A stretch of 64,000 nt of DNA from Candidatus Aenigmatarchaeota archaeon (GTDB lineage: Archaea > Aenigmatarchaeota > Aenigmatarchaeia > PWEA01 > JACQIF01). The stretch spans positions 810,770 through 874,769 of the forward strand of contig CP066684.1 in NCBI GenBank assembly GCA_016432325.1. Reading direction: 5' to 3'. The notes under the pieces were generated by a model that saw only the letters and a program-made list of their open reading frames with translations, made no database searches and had not been told where the DNA came from. Positions 19,294 to 28,432 of this stretch are shown piece after piece (the stretch's first letter is position 1; each line of letters starts with the position of its first letter). The position numbers and the translations under genes were made by a program.

Positions 19294-19423
19294 CAAATTT
19301 CAAGGCAAGGATTTTCGAACAAAGTTCGAAAACTTCGAACCGCTGTTCGAAGACAGTTGAAACGCGAAGCGTTTCTTGGGGTCCACCAAAACCTTTTATA
19401 CAGGGAACGTCGATAAACTCACC

Positions 19424-19759
19424 ATGGCACTGCCCGCTATCGTCTGGCTCCTCGTTACGGCAGTAAACCTCATAGTTGAAGTGCTGGCCGCCGTCATTGC
19501 GTTCAATATGAGCCGCAAGGTCAAAGGCGACCTTCTGCGTAAGATGTTTATAACCTTCGGAATTATCATACTTCTCAACACGGCGGCTGACTTCAGCACA
19601 TACCTTGTCTTTCAGGTGCCGTCAATCCAAGCAGCCGCCGCCGCGGCGAGCTCACCCCACAGCGATTTTGTCGTTGTCTTCAGGCTACTGAGCAACCTCG
19701 CACTCGTCTATATGATGACGCGTTTCGAGGAGTTCAAGAAGCAGTTCACATTCGGTTGA
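19424..19759 (+). CDS. Small 3-TM membrane protein
   Basis: TTTATA box about 30 nt upstream; three hydrophobic helices. Confidence 0.7.
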   Translation: MALPAIVWLLVTAVNLIVEVLAAVIAFNMSRKVKGDLLRKMFITFGIIILLNTAADFSTYLVFQVPSIQAAAAAASSPHSDFVVVFRLLSNLALVYMMTRFEEFKKQFTFG

Positions 19760-19792
19760 GCTTTATATCTCTTATTCTCAAACTGGACTTGC

Positions 19793-20018
19793 GCCTGGGT
19801 GGCTCAGTGGTAGCGCCTTTTTGCTGCGGCAAAAACCCGCGGGAATGCACGGAACAACGTTCCGGCACATCGGGAGCGCACTCCCGAATGAAATCCGCGC
19901 CGCGCGCCTAAAGAGCACCAGACTCATAATCTGGGGGTCGTGAGTTCGAAGCCTTACTGCCCGAGAGGGCGGTAAGTGAAACGCGCAGCGTTTCAGGAGT
20001 TACTCACCCCAGGCACCA
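19793..20018 (+). tRNA. tRNA-Met(CAT) elongator with ~100-nt D-loop intron (~19813-19912, junction +/-1-2 nt) and 51-nt intron at 59/60 (19951-20001)
   Basis: GCCTGGG/CCCAGGC acceptor; CCAGA-CTCATAA-TCTGG anticodon arm; about 75 nt after removal. Confidence 0.88.
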
Positions 20019-20053
20019 TAATTCGATACAAGAACGTTGTATATTGTCGAGAA

Positions 20054-20347
20054 CTACGCCTCTACCGCTCCTGAATCGAGAGCGGCATAGGGAACGTTGA
20101 CGCGTAGCGCAAGCGTGTAGAACGCAGCGCTGTTCTCGCCGCGCTCTTCCCTGAATACGGCGCTCTGCCTTTCAAGGCCCTGGAGACACGATCTCACGTC
20201 TTTCGTTTCCCATCCCGGGAATGCATCGTATATGGTTCTTTCCTCGACTTCGCCGTCTCTTGCGATTATGTTCAGAATCCAGCTCTCGATGACGGTCTTG
20301 CGTTTCTCTGTTGCGCCGTCGCGCGCGAACCGCGAGAACGTGTTCAT
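20054..20347 (-). CDS. Small winged-helix-like protein
   Basis: ILNII..GEV..IY....DVRSCLQGLERQSAV pattern. Confidence 0.55.
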   Translation of the reverse strand: MNTFSRFARDGATEKRKTVIESWILNIIARDGEVEERTIYDAFPGWETKDVRSCLQGLERQSAVFREERGENSAAFYTLALRVNVPYAALDSGAVEA

Positions 20348-20397
20348 CGCGTCCAGTTGGACAAGATAGGATTTATACGCGAGAGATAAACAGTCGT

Positions 20398-20529
20398 TTA
20401 CTTCTTCGGCTTCGCCTTGCACGCCCTGCAGCCGTCGCGGCCTATGCAGGAGAGGCATACCTGCGACTTGCAGGCAACGCACTCGTGCATCTCTCCGACG
20501 CGCTGGCAGGCTTCGCATGCGCCTCTCAT
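20398..20529 (-). CDS. 43-aa 8-Cys microprotein (4x CxxC)
   Basis: Not in the ORF track. MRGACEAC..CVAC..CLSC..CRACK; paralog of the next ORF. Confidence 0.7.
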   Translation of the reverse strand: MRGACEACQRVGEMHECVACKSQVCLSCIGRDGCRACKAKPKK

Positions 20530-20560
20530 AGAAATCACATTCGTAAATGCAGGATATAAA

Positions 20561-20734
20561 TCAGAACGTTTCCTCTTCTGACTCGTCTGGCGATGCTTCT
20601 GCCATCGTGGCGCGGCCGTGGCATATCTGGCAGCCGTAGTCCTGCAGGCACTCGGCGCACACGCGCGCGGCGCAGACCGGGCATTCGCGCAGCGTGCGCA
20701 CTACCTCTCCGCAATGCTGGCATACTCCTGCCAT
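20561..20734 (-). CDS. 57-aa 8-Cys microprotein (4x CxxC) with acidic tail
   Basis: MAGVCQHC..CPVC..CAEC..CQIC; AGGTGA RBS. Confidence 0.7.
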   Translation of the reverse strand: MAGVCQHCGEVVRTLRECPVCAARVCAECLQDYGCQICHGRATMAEASPDESEEETF

Positions 20735-20889
20735 GTACATATCACCTGCCGGACAAGACGCATGAAACCCGGGGGCTTCACGGATGCCTCGACACTCGCG
20801 TAGAAACAAAAATTCATGTATTTAACCTTTCTTAGGCCGACAGTCGACGAATTTTTAGCTTAAATAAAGTTGCGCAGAAGACGACTCGT

Positions 20890-20965
20890 GCCGCCATAGC
20901 TCAGCTAGTAGAGCACCTGACTTGTAATCAGGGGGTCGAGGGGGCAGAGCCCTCTGGCGGCTCCA
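20890..20965 (+). tRNA. tRNA-Thr(TGT), intronless, with atypical D and T loops
   Basis: All four stems pair; D-loop AGCTAGTA; T-loop GGCAGAG. Confidence 0.88.
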
Positions 20966-21781
20966 CTATCTCGCCAAGCCCTTGAACTTCCTGACGATGT
21001 AAGACGTCACGAAGAATGCCAGGAATATGGCGGCCAGCTGGACGCCTCCTGCGATGGCGCCGAAAGGCCTTCCTGCCCTCGGATAGAGCATCTCCTGCAG
21101 TCCGCTCATCAGCACGAAGTCGAGCAGCAGGACGCTGGACAGATAGAGCCGGTTGATAATCTCCTTGTCTTGCGGAGGCAGTCTCTGCCTGAACGTGTCG
21201 TAGTCCCTCTTTGACAGCCAGAAGAGGCCCGCGACGACGAGCATGTTGACCGCGATAATAGAAGCGCCGTATGCTGGAAGACCGGCGAAGAAGACGCTAA
21301 CGGTGTAAGACGCGCCGACGACAAACGAAACAATAAGGGCAAGCCAAGGCCCGGGCTGGTTCAACCGCACGCTTCTCTCCAGCACTGCTTCGAGGCGCGT
21401 CGTCGTGTCTTCCAGAATCCGGACGGCGCCTCCGAGGACGTGCAAAAAGACGAAGAGGAAAGACGCCTGCAGCGCTACAAGACCCAGCAGCATCGAGTCC
21501 GCGACGAGAGGCGGAGACAGGAGGTCGGCGACGACGCGCGCCAGCATAAAGACGAGCACGTAGTGCACGAGAGCCGACAGCAGGCGAGCGACGGTTCGGC
21601 CTTTCGAGGCGCTGATTTTCCTGAAGTGCGCGACGTGCGTCAGCGTGGTGAACGAAAACAGCATCGCGGCTGTCATGGCGATGGACGCGTAGAAATCCGT
21701 TACGCTGGAGAGTGCGAGCGTGCCGGCGACGACGGCCACGGCCAGTATGAAGACGTCTTTTCTCGTAGACTCCATGGTCAT
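20966..21781 (-). CDS. Polytopic membrane protein (~8 TM)
   Basis: Hydropathy pattern. Confidence 0.7.
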   Translation of the reverse strand: MTMESTRKDVFILAVAVVAGTLALSSVTDFYASIAMTAAMLFSFTTLTHVAHFRKISASKGRTVARLLSALVHYVLVFMLARVVADLLSPPLVADSMLLGLVALQASFLFVFLHVLGGAVRILEDTTTRLEAVLERSVRLNQPGPWLALIVSFVVGASYTVSVFFAGLPAYGASIIAVNMLVVAGLFWLSKRDYDTFRQRLPPQDKEIINRLYLSSVLLLDFVLMSGLQEMLYPRAGRPFGAIAGGVQLAAIFLAFFVTSYIVRKFKGLAR

Positions 21782-21848
21782 GTTTTAAGGAGACCCGGAT
21801 TTAAATCCAATTTCCGCCGATCGCAGACCGGCGGACGTTTAAAACATC

Positions 21849-22199
21849 TCAGCCAATTCGCGGCGGGATGATGCGTTCCGTCTTGTTCTCCGTGTCAACT
21901 TCCACTATTGACTCAAAGAGCTCGACGAGCGTTTTCATGGAGACCACGACGAAAACCATCGCCAGAGTGAAGAACACGGGCATTATGTTCCACAGCTCGT
22001 TCGTCACGTCGAGACCCGTTATTCCAAAATACGCCACGATTAAGTGAGAAGGCGGTCCGAACATCGCGGCGAGGAAGAGATAGGTCAGGCTCTGCTTCAG
22101 CCGCCCCGACGACCTGCGGAGAGCGTCGTATAGGAATACCGTGCCTATGAATGCGAGAACGACGCCCACGACTGTCAGATGCCATACGGTCAGCGCCAT
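21849..22199 (-). CDS. Small 3-TM membrane protein
   Basis: ALRRSSGRLK motif shared with the next ORF. Confidence 0.7.
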   Translation of the reverse strand: MALTVWHLTVVGVVLAFIGTVFLYDALRRSSGRLKQSLTYLFLAAMFGPPSHLIVAYFGITGLDVTNELWNIMPVFFTLAMVFVVVSMKTLVELFESIVEVDTENKTERIIPPRIG

Positions 22200-22201
22200 G
22201 G

Positions 22202-22492
22202 TTATCCCTTCCCGCCCAGGCGCGATATTGTGTACATGCTATATGCCCACGTGGCGCCGGGTATCGCGTGGACGGCTATGAACACCGCCCATAAGGGGTC
22301 GCTGGTCTGGATGCCGGCGAAGCCGAGATACGCGGCGATGAGATTGTAAAGCATGTATGACGCATCCGTGTAGAGAAAGAAGACGAGTCCCGTTCTAAGC
22401 CTGCCGGTGGTCGCTCCTATCGCCCGTCGCAGGAGAACCAGGCCATAGAGACCGATGAAGAACCCGACGACACTCAGCCACCAGAGAACCAT
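22202..22492 (-). CDS. Small 3-TM membrane protein, paralog of 21849-22199
   Basis: AIGATTGRLR..LIAAYLG....D.LW alignment. Confidence 0.7.
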   Translation of the reverse strand: MVLWWLSVVGFFIGLYGLVLLRRAIGATTGRLRTGLVFFLYTDASYMLYNLIAAYLGFAGIQTSDPLWAVFIAVHAIPGATWAYSMYTISRLGGKG

Positions 22493-22522
22493 GCGTATGG
22501 TTGGCGAAACCGACTTATAAAA

Positions 22523-23227
22523 TCATTCCAACACGTACTCCATTCGCTGGACGTCTTTCCCCTTGTTGGCAAGGCCGACTATGCGCACGCGGCCCAATTC
22601 TTGGAGGTTAGAGACGTGCGTGCCTCCGCACGGGCAGAGATCATAATCCTTTATCCTGATGAGGCGCAGTTGTTGGACGTTCTTCGGGATGCGTTCTATG
22701 TCGGTGCGCTGCGCGTTCGTGGCGTTCAGCGCGTCCTCCCGCGACATGTACTCTATGGAGACGGGCCTCTTTTCAGATATTAGCGCGTTCGCTCGCTGTT
22801 CGATGCTCCGCAGGTCATCGTCCGAGAAGTGCGCCGGTGCGAAATCTATGCGCGAGCGCTCCGGATGTATCTGGTTCCCCACCGTGGACGCCTTGAAGAG
22901 TTCCAGCACGACGGCCGAGACGAGATGCTGAGAAGTGTGCATCCTCATGTTCGCGTGGCGGCGCGTCCAGTCGACGACGCAGTGCACGGAAACGCCTGCG
23001 GGAACGTTCTTGTCGACGAAGTGTTTGACTTGCCCTTTGTCTTTACGCGCATCCGTTACGTTCGCGGCGCCGCCATCGAATGTCATGGTCCCTGTGTCGT
23101 GTTCCTGCCCGCCGCCCGTGGGGTAGAACACTGTGCGGTCCAGAACGACCCAGTTCGGTCCGCTCTCAATTACGCGCGCGTCGCACTCGCGCAGATAGCA
23201 GTCGTTGAGATAGAGAAGGTCGGTCAT
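22523..23227 (-). CDS. alaX: AlaX-M alanyl-tRNA editing protein
   Basis: FYPTGGGQEHD, HTSQH, CPCGGTH. Confidence 0.92.
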   Translation of the reverse strand: MTDLLYLNDCYLRECDARVIESGPNWVVLDRTVFYPTGGGQEHDTGTMTFDGGAANVTDARKDKGQVKHFVDKNVPAGVSVHCVVDWTRRHANMRMHTSQHLVSAVVLELFKASTVGNQIHPERSRIDFAPAHFSDDDLRSIEQRANALISEKRPVSIEYMSREDALNATNAQRTDIERIPKNVQQLRLIRIKDYDLCPCGGTHVSNLQELGRVRIVGLANKGKDVQRMEYVLE

Positions 23228-23231
23228 CGGA

Positions 23232-23483
23232 TCACCTGTATATGTTTTTCCTGTGCCCAAGAGAAAGGATAAAGACGACCTTCTCTTTATTGTCAAGCTT
23301 TGCCAATACGCGGTAGTCGCCGACGCGCAGTTTATAATCCACCCTGCCTGTAAGCCGTTCCAGATAGTGCGCCGGGCGGGAGGCGGCCCTTTCCAGACTG
23401 TCCAGGATGCGTTTGGCCGTGGCGTTGTCCAGTTTCCGCAGTTCGGAGACCGCCTCGTCGGAGAACACAAGCCTGAAGGTCAC
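23232..23483 (-). CDS. RelE/ParE family toxin
   Basis: YKLRVGDYRV, LGHRKNIY. Confidence 0.9.
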   Translation of the reverse strand: MTFRLVFSDEAVSELRKLDNATAKRILDSLERAASRPAHYLERLTGRVDYKLRVGDYRVLAKLDNKEKVVFILSLGHRKNIYR

Positions 23484-23722
23484 CGTATCCCCAGCTCTTC
23501 TCTAATCTCCCGCAGCGTGCGGGTCCTTCCCCTCTTCACGTCTGCCAGGGCTCTTAGAAGAGAGGCTTTGAACTCGTCGGTATACTCTCCCTCATCGTCT
23601 CCCGAAGGAACGAGTTCCAGAAGAGCGTTCAGCAGCTCGTCATACGTTTCGCCCTCAGTTTCCTTGAGCCGCGCGAGCCTCCCCCTCGTCTCCCTGCTTA
23701 TCTGTATTGTGGTGTAGGACAT
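23480..23722 (-). CDS. Cognate antitoxin (RHH-like N-terminus)
   Basis: TTIQIS.ET..RL..LK...ETYDE; overlaps the toxin start. Confidence 0.85.
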   Translation of the reverse strand: MSYTTIQISRETRGRLARLKETEGETYDELLNALLELVPSGDDEGEYTDEFKASLLRALADVKRGRTRTLREIREELGIR

Positions 23723-23808
23723 ATTATGGATATATTATACAACAACTATATAAAGGTTGCATTCGGAAGAACGCCCCCTTTAAATAACTTTCCACGCAAA
23801 CGCTACCT

Positions 23809-24379
23809 ATGATGGCCGCGCAGGAGTATCGAAAGTTGTCGTTCGGAGCAGACGACTTGACCAAGCCGCCGAAGAAAGGGCTGTACGTCCCTCAGTTCAA
23901 GGTCGACGTTCCCCAAGGATATAGGTTTTACACCGGCGAGCCGCTCGTTTCACGGGTCGACCGCTGGGCCACTCTTGACATGAACGCCATGTTGGCCGAG
24001 GAGTACGGCGGCGTCTGGCGCCAGCCGAATATGGACGAGTGGGCCGCGTGGTCCGGGTAAATCGTATTACGTGTGGTCTCACCTTAACCCGATGATAATA
24101 AAGAACGTTGGCGTCCTTCTGATGCCTGAAGCAAAGGACAGAAAACTGACGGGCGGGCAGATTAGATTTTGCGAGACAAGCGGGAACCTTCGTGAGGTTC
24201 TGTCGGCAGCCGATGTTAAAACAAGCATTCCCTTCGCAGATTGTGGAATTGTATACGAAGATAATATTGCCCCCGTCAGGTCCCGCTGGGACGCTGGTGC
24301 GGGGCGCTTCGGCGCGGTTGCTGGCAGGCCCTCGAGCCGGATTGACGGGGGCGCCGCCACTTTCATGAGAGAAAAATAA
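23809..24379 (+). pseudogene. FGE-sulfatase/CLec-like protein split by a 1-bp frameshift at ~24055
   Basis: WRQPNMDEW motif. Removing one G from TCCGGGTAAA fuses the two ORFs (WSGKSYYVWSH). Confidence 0.6.
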
Positions 24380-24385
24380 AAGTCG

Positions 24386-26527
24386 CTAAGACGGTCCCAA
24401 GGACTTCTGTCCGTCTTCCAACCCCTCCTTCGCATGCAGCTGCTTGTGAACGTCCGCGGCAAGCTTTTCACCGAGCAACGGTTTCAACTTTTCCAGAGGC
24501 GCGTCGCGTATTTTTGTCAGCGATGTCAGCCCGGCATTGTGCAGCGTCCTCGCACGCACGCGTCCTATCCCTTTTAGAGCGACGAGCGCAACGAGTTCTT
24601 CCTTGATGCCGTACTTTACGCGCACGCGGGCCTTGCGCAGTTCGCGCATCTTTTCCTTAAGTCCTGTCAGCAGAGCCATCTCTTCCGCGGCGTACAGCAA
24701 CCAGTCCGCGGTTTCGAGGCGCGCACGCAGCTCGCCTGGCGTTGTGCCATACTCTTCAAGAAGCCAGTCTTCGCCCGCTTCGGACGCCCATGCGTCCAGA
24801 ACAATCGCGCACTTCATTGCGTTGACGAAGTCGTCATACTCGCTGTCCCACGGTTCCGGCGCGCTCACCCCGCGCGATTCGGCTTCGGCCAATAGCGCCG
24901 CAACCTCGCCGTCCTTCGCGCGTCCCGGAGCCATCTCCCGCGTGTTGGCTATCATGAGAAGGCTGTCAAACACACTCGTGCACTTTTCCAATGTAGTCAT
25001 CATCGAGAACGCGGTCTCGGGGTCGATGTAGAGCTGCGACACGCGCGTTCCAATCCGCGTGGCTTCGAGCCCTCCGTCACGTGTTATGAATCCCTGCTCT
25101 TCGAGTCTCGACAAGACGCGTTCGACTGTCGCACGTATCTTCTCCAATTCCTTATACTGGTGCGCGAAAAACGTTCCCTGCAAGAATTTCCACAGCCCCT
25201 CCTCTGAAGCGACGTGGGACGCGATGAGCGCGAGCGCATGCATCCTCAGTATCGGCTCGACCCCGAGCTTCGAGAGTATCTCTTCTGGCTTTCCTTGTAT
25301 GTACCTCTTGACAAGGTCGTGCGCTTCCAACTCCGAGCGCGCGAGAAGAACGGCTTCGCCTTCATTGTCGTACTTCGGACGCCCTGCCCGGCCGGCCATC
25401 TGGTGGTATTCGAGAACGGGAATGAAGACAGAACCGTACATGGGATGGAAGCGCTTGACGTCGCGTATGACGACGCGATATGCCGGGAGATTCAGGCCTG
25501 CCGCAAGTGTCGGCGTGGCCGCGATGACCTTGATTGCGTTCTCCTTGAAGGCGCGCTCGACAAGCGAACGCTGCGGCCCCGCGAGACCGGCGTGATGGAA
25601 GGCCGTGCCTTTGCGGATGCAGCGAGCGAGGCGCTCGCACTGTTTTGTCGGGCGCGAAGTGACGTTGAGAATGTCTTCTGCAAGCTTGGCGAGTTTCGCG
25701 CGTTCGTCGGCCTTCAACTTCGTTCCTATCGATTCTCCGCACTTCTCTGCGACGGATTCGGCGTTGCGCCTCGAGGACGCGAAGACGAGCGCCTGCTTGC
25801 CTTCGGCGACCGTGCGGTCGCAGATTTCCAATTCCACATTCTCTTCGTTCGCGAGTTTGAAGTCACGGTCGCTTTCGGGGAAGCGTACGGCTTCGCCGTC
25901 GTAAACGCCTTTGTAGAGGGCGACAGGCCTGTAGTCAGACGTTACGAGCTCTGCGTTGAGCCACGATGCCAGTTCTTTTGCGTTTGCTATTGTCGCGGAC
26001 AGACCGATTATCTGCGGTTTGTATTCGCGCAGGCGCGTCAGCACGACTTCCAGCGTGGGTCCGCGCGTTTCATCATTCAACAGGTGCACTTCGTCTGCAA
26101 CGACAAGACCGACGTTGAGTATCCATGCAGGACTGTGGCGCAGAAGCGAGTCCAGCTTCTCGGAAGTGGCGACAATAAGGTCGTACGAGCCGAGCCAGTC
26201 GTCTGCGGTGTCATAGTCGCCCGCCGAGACGGCGACGCGCACGCCGAGCTTTTCATACTTCCTGAAGTCCTCGAGCTTTTCAGAAGCGAGCGCGCGGAGC
26301 GGAACGATGTAAAGGACTTTTCGCTTCTTTTCCAATATCATCTTGAGGAACGCGAGTTCCGCGATGAGCGTCTTGCCCGAAGCCGTCGGAGACGCTACAA
26401 CAAGGTTCTTGCCCTGCAGAAGGCCTGCTTCTATCGCAAGTTTCTGCGGAGGATTGAGACTCGTGACGCCTCCCAGTACGAGCGTGCTGCGGGCTTCCTT
26501 GGGCAGTTCGAGAGAGTCGACGTGCAT
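24386..26527 (-). CDS. hel308: Ski2-like DNA helicase Hel308
   Basis: PTASGKT, DEVH, LSAT, FHHAGL, QMAGRAGRP, GIGRVRAR. Confidence 0.93.
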   Translation of the reverse strand: MHVDSLELPKEARSTLVLGGVTSLNPPQKLAIEAGLLQGKNLVVASPTASGKTLIAELAFLKMILEKKRKVLYIVPLRALASEKLEDFRKYEKLGVRVAVSAGDYDTADDWLGSYDLIVATSEKLDSLLRHSPAWILNVGLVVADEVHLLNDETRGPTLEVVLTRLREYKPQIIGLSATIANAKELASWLNAELVTSDYRPVALYKGVYDGEAVRFPESDRDFKLANEENVELEICDRTVAEGKQALVFASSRRNAESVAEKCGESIGTKLKADERAKLAKLAEDILNVTSRPTKQCERLARCIRKGTAFHHAGLAGPQRSLVERAFKENAIKVIAATPTLAAGLNLPAYRVVIRDVKRFHPMYGSVFIPVLEYHQMAGRAGRPKYDNEGEAVLLARSELEAHDLVKRYIQGKPEEILSKLGVEPILRMHALALIASHVASEEGLWKFLQGTFFAHQYKELEKIRATVERVLSRLEEQGFITRDGGLEATRIGTRVSQLYIDPETAFSMMTTLEKCTSVFDSLLMIANTREMAPGRAKDGEVAALLAEAESRGVSAPEPWDSEYDDFVNAMKCAIVLDAWASEAGEDWLLEEYGTTPGELRARLETADWLLYAAEEMALLTGLKEKMRELRKARVRVKYGIKEELVALVALKGIGRVRARTLHNAGLTSLTKIRDAPLEKLKPLLGEKLAADVHKQLHAKEGLEDGQKSLGPS

Positions 26528-26565
26528 GGTTTGCGTACGCACAGAAGGTATTAAATCGTTACGGT

Positions 26566-27159
26566 TCAGAGGGGCCGCCAGTCGCCGTCGTCCGGGTGAA
26601 GCTTATCCCGCGCTTTTGCCACGATGTCCTCGAATTCTTTATCTATTCTCCTGCAGGCTTCGTCCGTGGCCGCGTCGAACCATTTGCTAGTGTCCAAGAA
26701 AAGGTCCACTGCAGGCAGATAGGCGTCGAAATTTTCTGGCAACGGCTCTATAGTTGCTCCTATAAAGATTCGTGTCATTCCAGAGTCGGGATTCTGGAGA
26801 GGGGATATTGTGACGTATGCACCCGCTTTCGTGAGTTCCTTGTCGCGTGTTATACTCCCGTTCACGCGGGAGCCCAGATGCTTGGTTATCATTGCCAATT
26901 CCCTGCCAGTGAGCATCGAGGGCGGGGCTATCATGTTTGTTGCTCTGAATCTGTTAGAGACATACGGCTCTCCGGCCCCCGATCCACTGATGTCGAAGAC
27001 TTGCGTGTTGATGGCGTGCCCTTCTCTGGCTGTTGCGTAGTCGCCCAGCGCGCCGATAAGAACGTCCCGGTACCCCGTATCGGATACGATTGGCCGGAGT
27101 TCTTTGAGCTTCGTCTTGGTCTTGGCCGAATCAAACACGACATGCGAAGCAGCTGCCAT
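26566..27159 (-). CDS. Orphan hypothetical protein
   Basis: 197-aa ORF with GGGTG upstream. Confidence 0.65.
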   Translation of the reverse strand: MAAASHVVFDSAKTKTKLKELRPIVSDTGYRDVLIGALGDYATAREGHAINTQVFDISGSGAGEPYVSNRFRATNMIAPPSMLTGRELAMITKHLGSRVNGSITRDKELTKAGAYVTISPLQNPDSGMTRIFIGATIEPLPENFDAYLPAVDLFLDTSKWFDAATDEACRRIDKEFEDIVAKARDKLHPDDGDWRPL

Positions 27160-27189
27160 ACAATAACACCCAGCCGATTAAGGATGGAA

Positions 27190-27249
27190 AACTATTTAAA
27201 CCGCTTGCGGCGTTTTAAAGTTACCGCGCCGAGCGCAGTAACTATTTAA
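27190..27249. repeat. Hairpin module A flanked by AACTATTTAA direct repeats
   Basis: CGTTTTAAAGTTAC..GTAAC; near twin of 42150-42209. Confidence 0.8.
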
Positions 27250-27256
27250 GGCGCAT

Positions 27257-27844
27257 TTAGAGTTCCTTCACCGTAAACCTCCACACGTCTTCTATGCATT
27301 CGCGCAGCGTCTCGAGGTTCGCGTGGCGTGCAGGAATCAAGCGCGCCTGAATCCTGCTCTTGTGGCGTTCAAGCGCTCCGCACTCTTTCGCGAACGCCTT
27401 CACGGTTTCGCGCGGGCCGCCGAAGAATATGTGCTCTATGAGAGACTGGCCGAGCAGGACCTCGAAAGAGAAGCAGACGCCGTCCAGAAATTCGCTGCGC
27501 TGTTGCGAACGTACGCGCGCGTAACGCGAAGAAGACGAGCCGCCCTTCTTCGTGCGTCCGCGTATGAAATGGTGGCCGGTCTTGTACAGGACGAGCGAAG
27601 TGCCTTCGAAGAGGCCTATGGCATACTCGCCCATATGGACGAGTACAACCGCAATCTTTGGCCGCGACGCCAGATGTTCAGCGAGCATCGTGTTGCGCGG
27701 CGTTATCAGCTCGGGGCGCGGAGGAAAAGGAGGCTCGGCGAGGTAGCGCTTGTCGCCGGCGCTTACTGTGTATGCGACGCCGTCGAAAGAAACCTCGTGC
27801 GGGCCGAGCGCGCGCAAGAACGACCCGAACTCACTGCGCTTCAT
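27257..27844 (-). CDS. VLRF1 (Vms1/Ankzf1-like) release-factor homolog
   Basis: IRGRTKKGGSSSSRYARVR loop, YAIGLF, IFFGG. Confidence 0.75.
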   Translation of the reverse strand: MKRSEFGSFLRALGPHEVSFDGVAYTVSAGDKRYLAEPPFPPRPELITPRNTMLAEHLASRPKIAVVLVHMGEYAIGLFEGTSLVLYKTGHHFIRGRTKKGGSSSSRYARVRSQQRSEFLDGVCFSFEVLLGQSLIEHIFFGGPRETVKAFAKECGALERHKSRIQARLIPARHANLETLRECIEDVWRFTVKEL

Positions 27845-28430
27845 CCGTTTTTTCATCAGAACCAAAACCTTCTGTTCGCGGCACGTCTGGATGAGGCGCC
27901 GTTTGTGTAGCCGTGTTGGCCTGCGTTGCTTCCTCAGCCTCCTGCTTTTTGAACATTTCGATTAAGTCCTTGCGAGAGCTTATGCCGAAATATGACATGA
28001 AGTGGTCCGTGAGCTCGATGCGCTTTGAGCGCCTGTACTTCTCCGTTTTTATCAAACCGCGCTCTTCCAGGTCTTTGACGTAATCGTATCCGCGGTTGCC
28101 GATGGTCTTTACGATGTCGCTCTGCGTTATGGGTTGCTTGTATACGATAAGGGAAAGCGCTTTCAAAAGACCCCGAGACAAGTCCGCGTAGGGCGTCAGG
28201 TGCGCGACGCGCTGCGCGTGCGGTTTCTTGACGCGCATCTCGTAACGTTCGCCCACTTCCACAATCTCCATTCCTTTGTGCTCGGCCTTGTATTCCAGGA
28301 TAAGCTCTTCTATGCACGTTTCGACCTCCTGTTCGGGAAGCTCGACTATCTTGGCTATCTCCTCGACGCTCAAAGGCCCGCTCGCCTGAAAAAGTGCGGC
28401 TTCCAAGAGAGCGCGTTTGTTGGTGTCCAT
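27831..28430 (-). CDS. scpB: Segregation and condensation protein B
   Basis: LEAALF, LIVYKQPITQ, T..F..YFG. Confidence 0.92.
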   Translation of the reverse strand: MDTNKRALLEAALFQASGPLSVEEIAKIVELPEQEVETCIEELILEYKAEHKGMEIVEVGERYEMRVKKPHAQRVAHLTPYADLSRGLLKALSLIVYKQPITQSDIVKTIGNRGYDYVKDLEERGLIKTEKYRRSKRIELTDHFMSYFGISSRKDLIEMFKKQEAEEATQANTATQTAPHPDVPRTEGFGSDEKTDEAQ

Positions 28431-28432
28431 TC

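Noticed and set aside
19813-19912. Group I intron or homing-endonuclease ORF within the long tRNA introns
   Set aside because: Too short (138 nt at most), no catalytic-core motifs, and most junctions fit BHB-like geometry.
20755-20805. Further degenerate module copies (also ~15605, ~16128, ~49686, ~61850)
   Set aside because: Hairpins are present, but similarity to modules A-D is too weak to assign by eye.
24050-24071. Stop-codon recoding or alternative genetic code
   Set aside because: The continuation is in a different frame, and TAA, TAG and TGA all terminate conserved genes normally.
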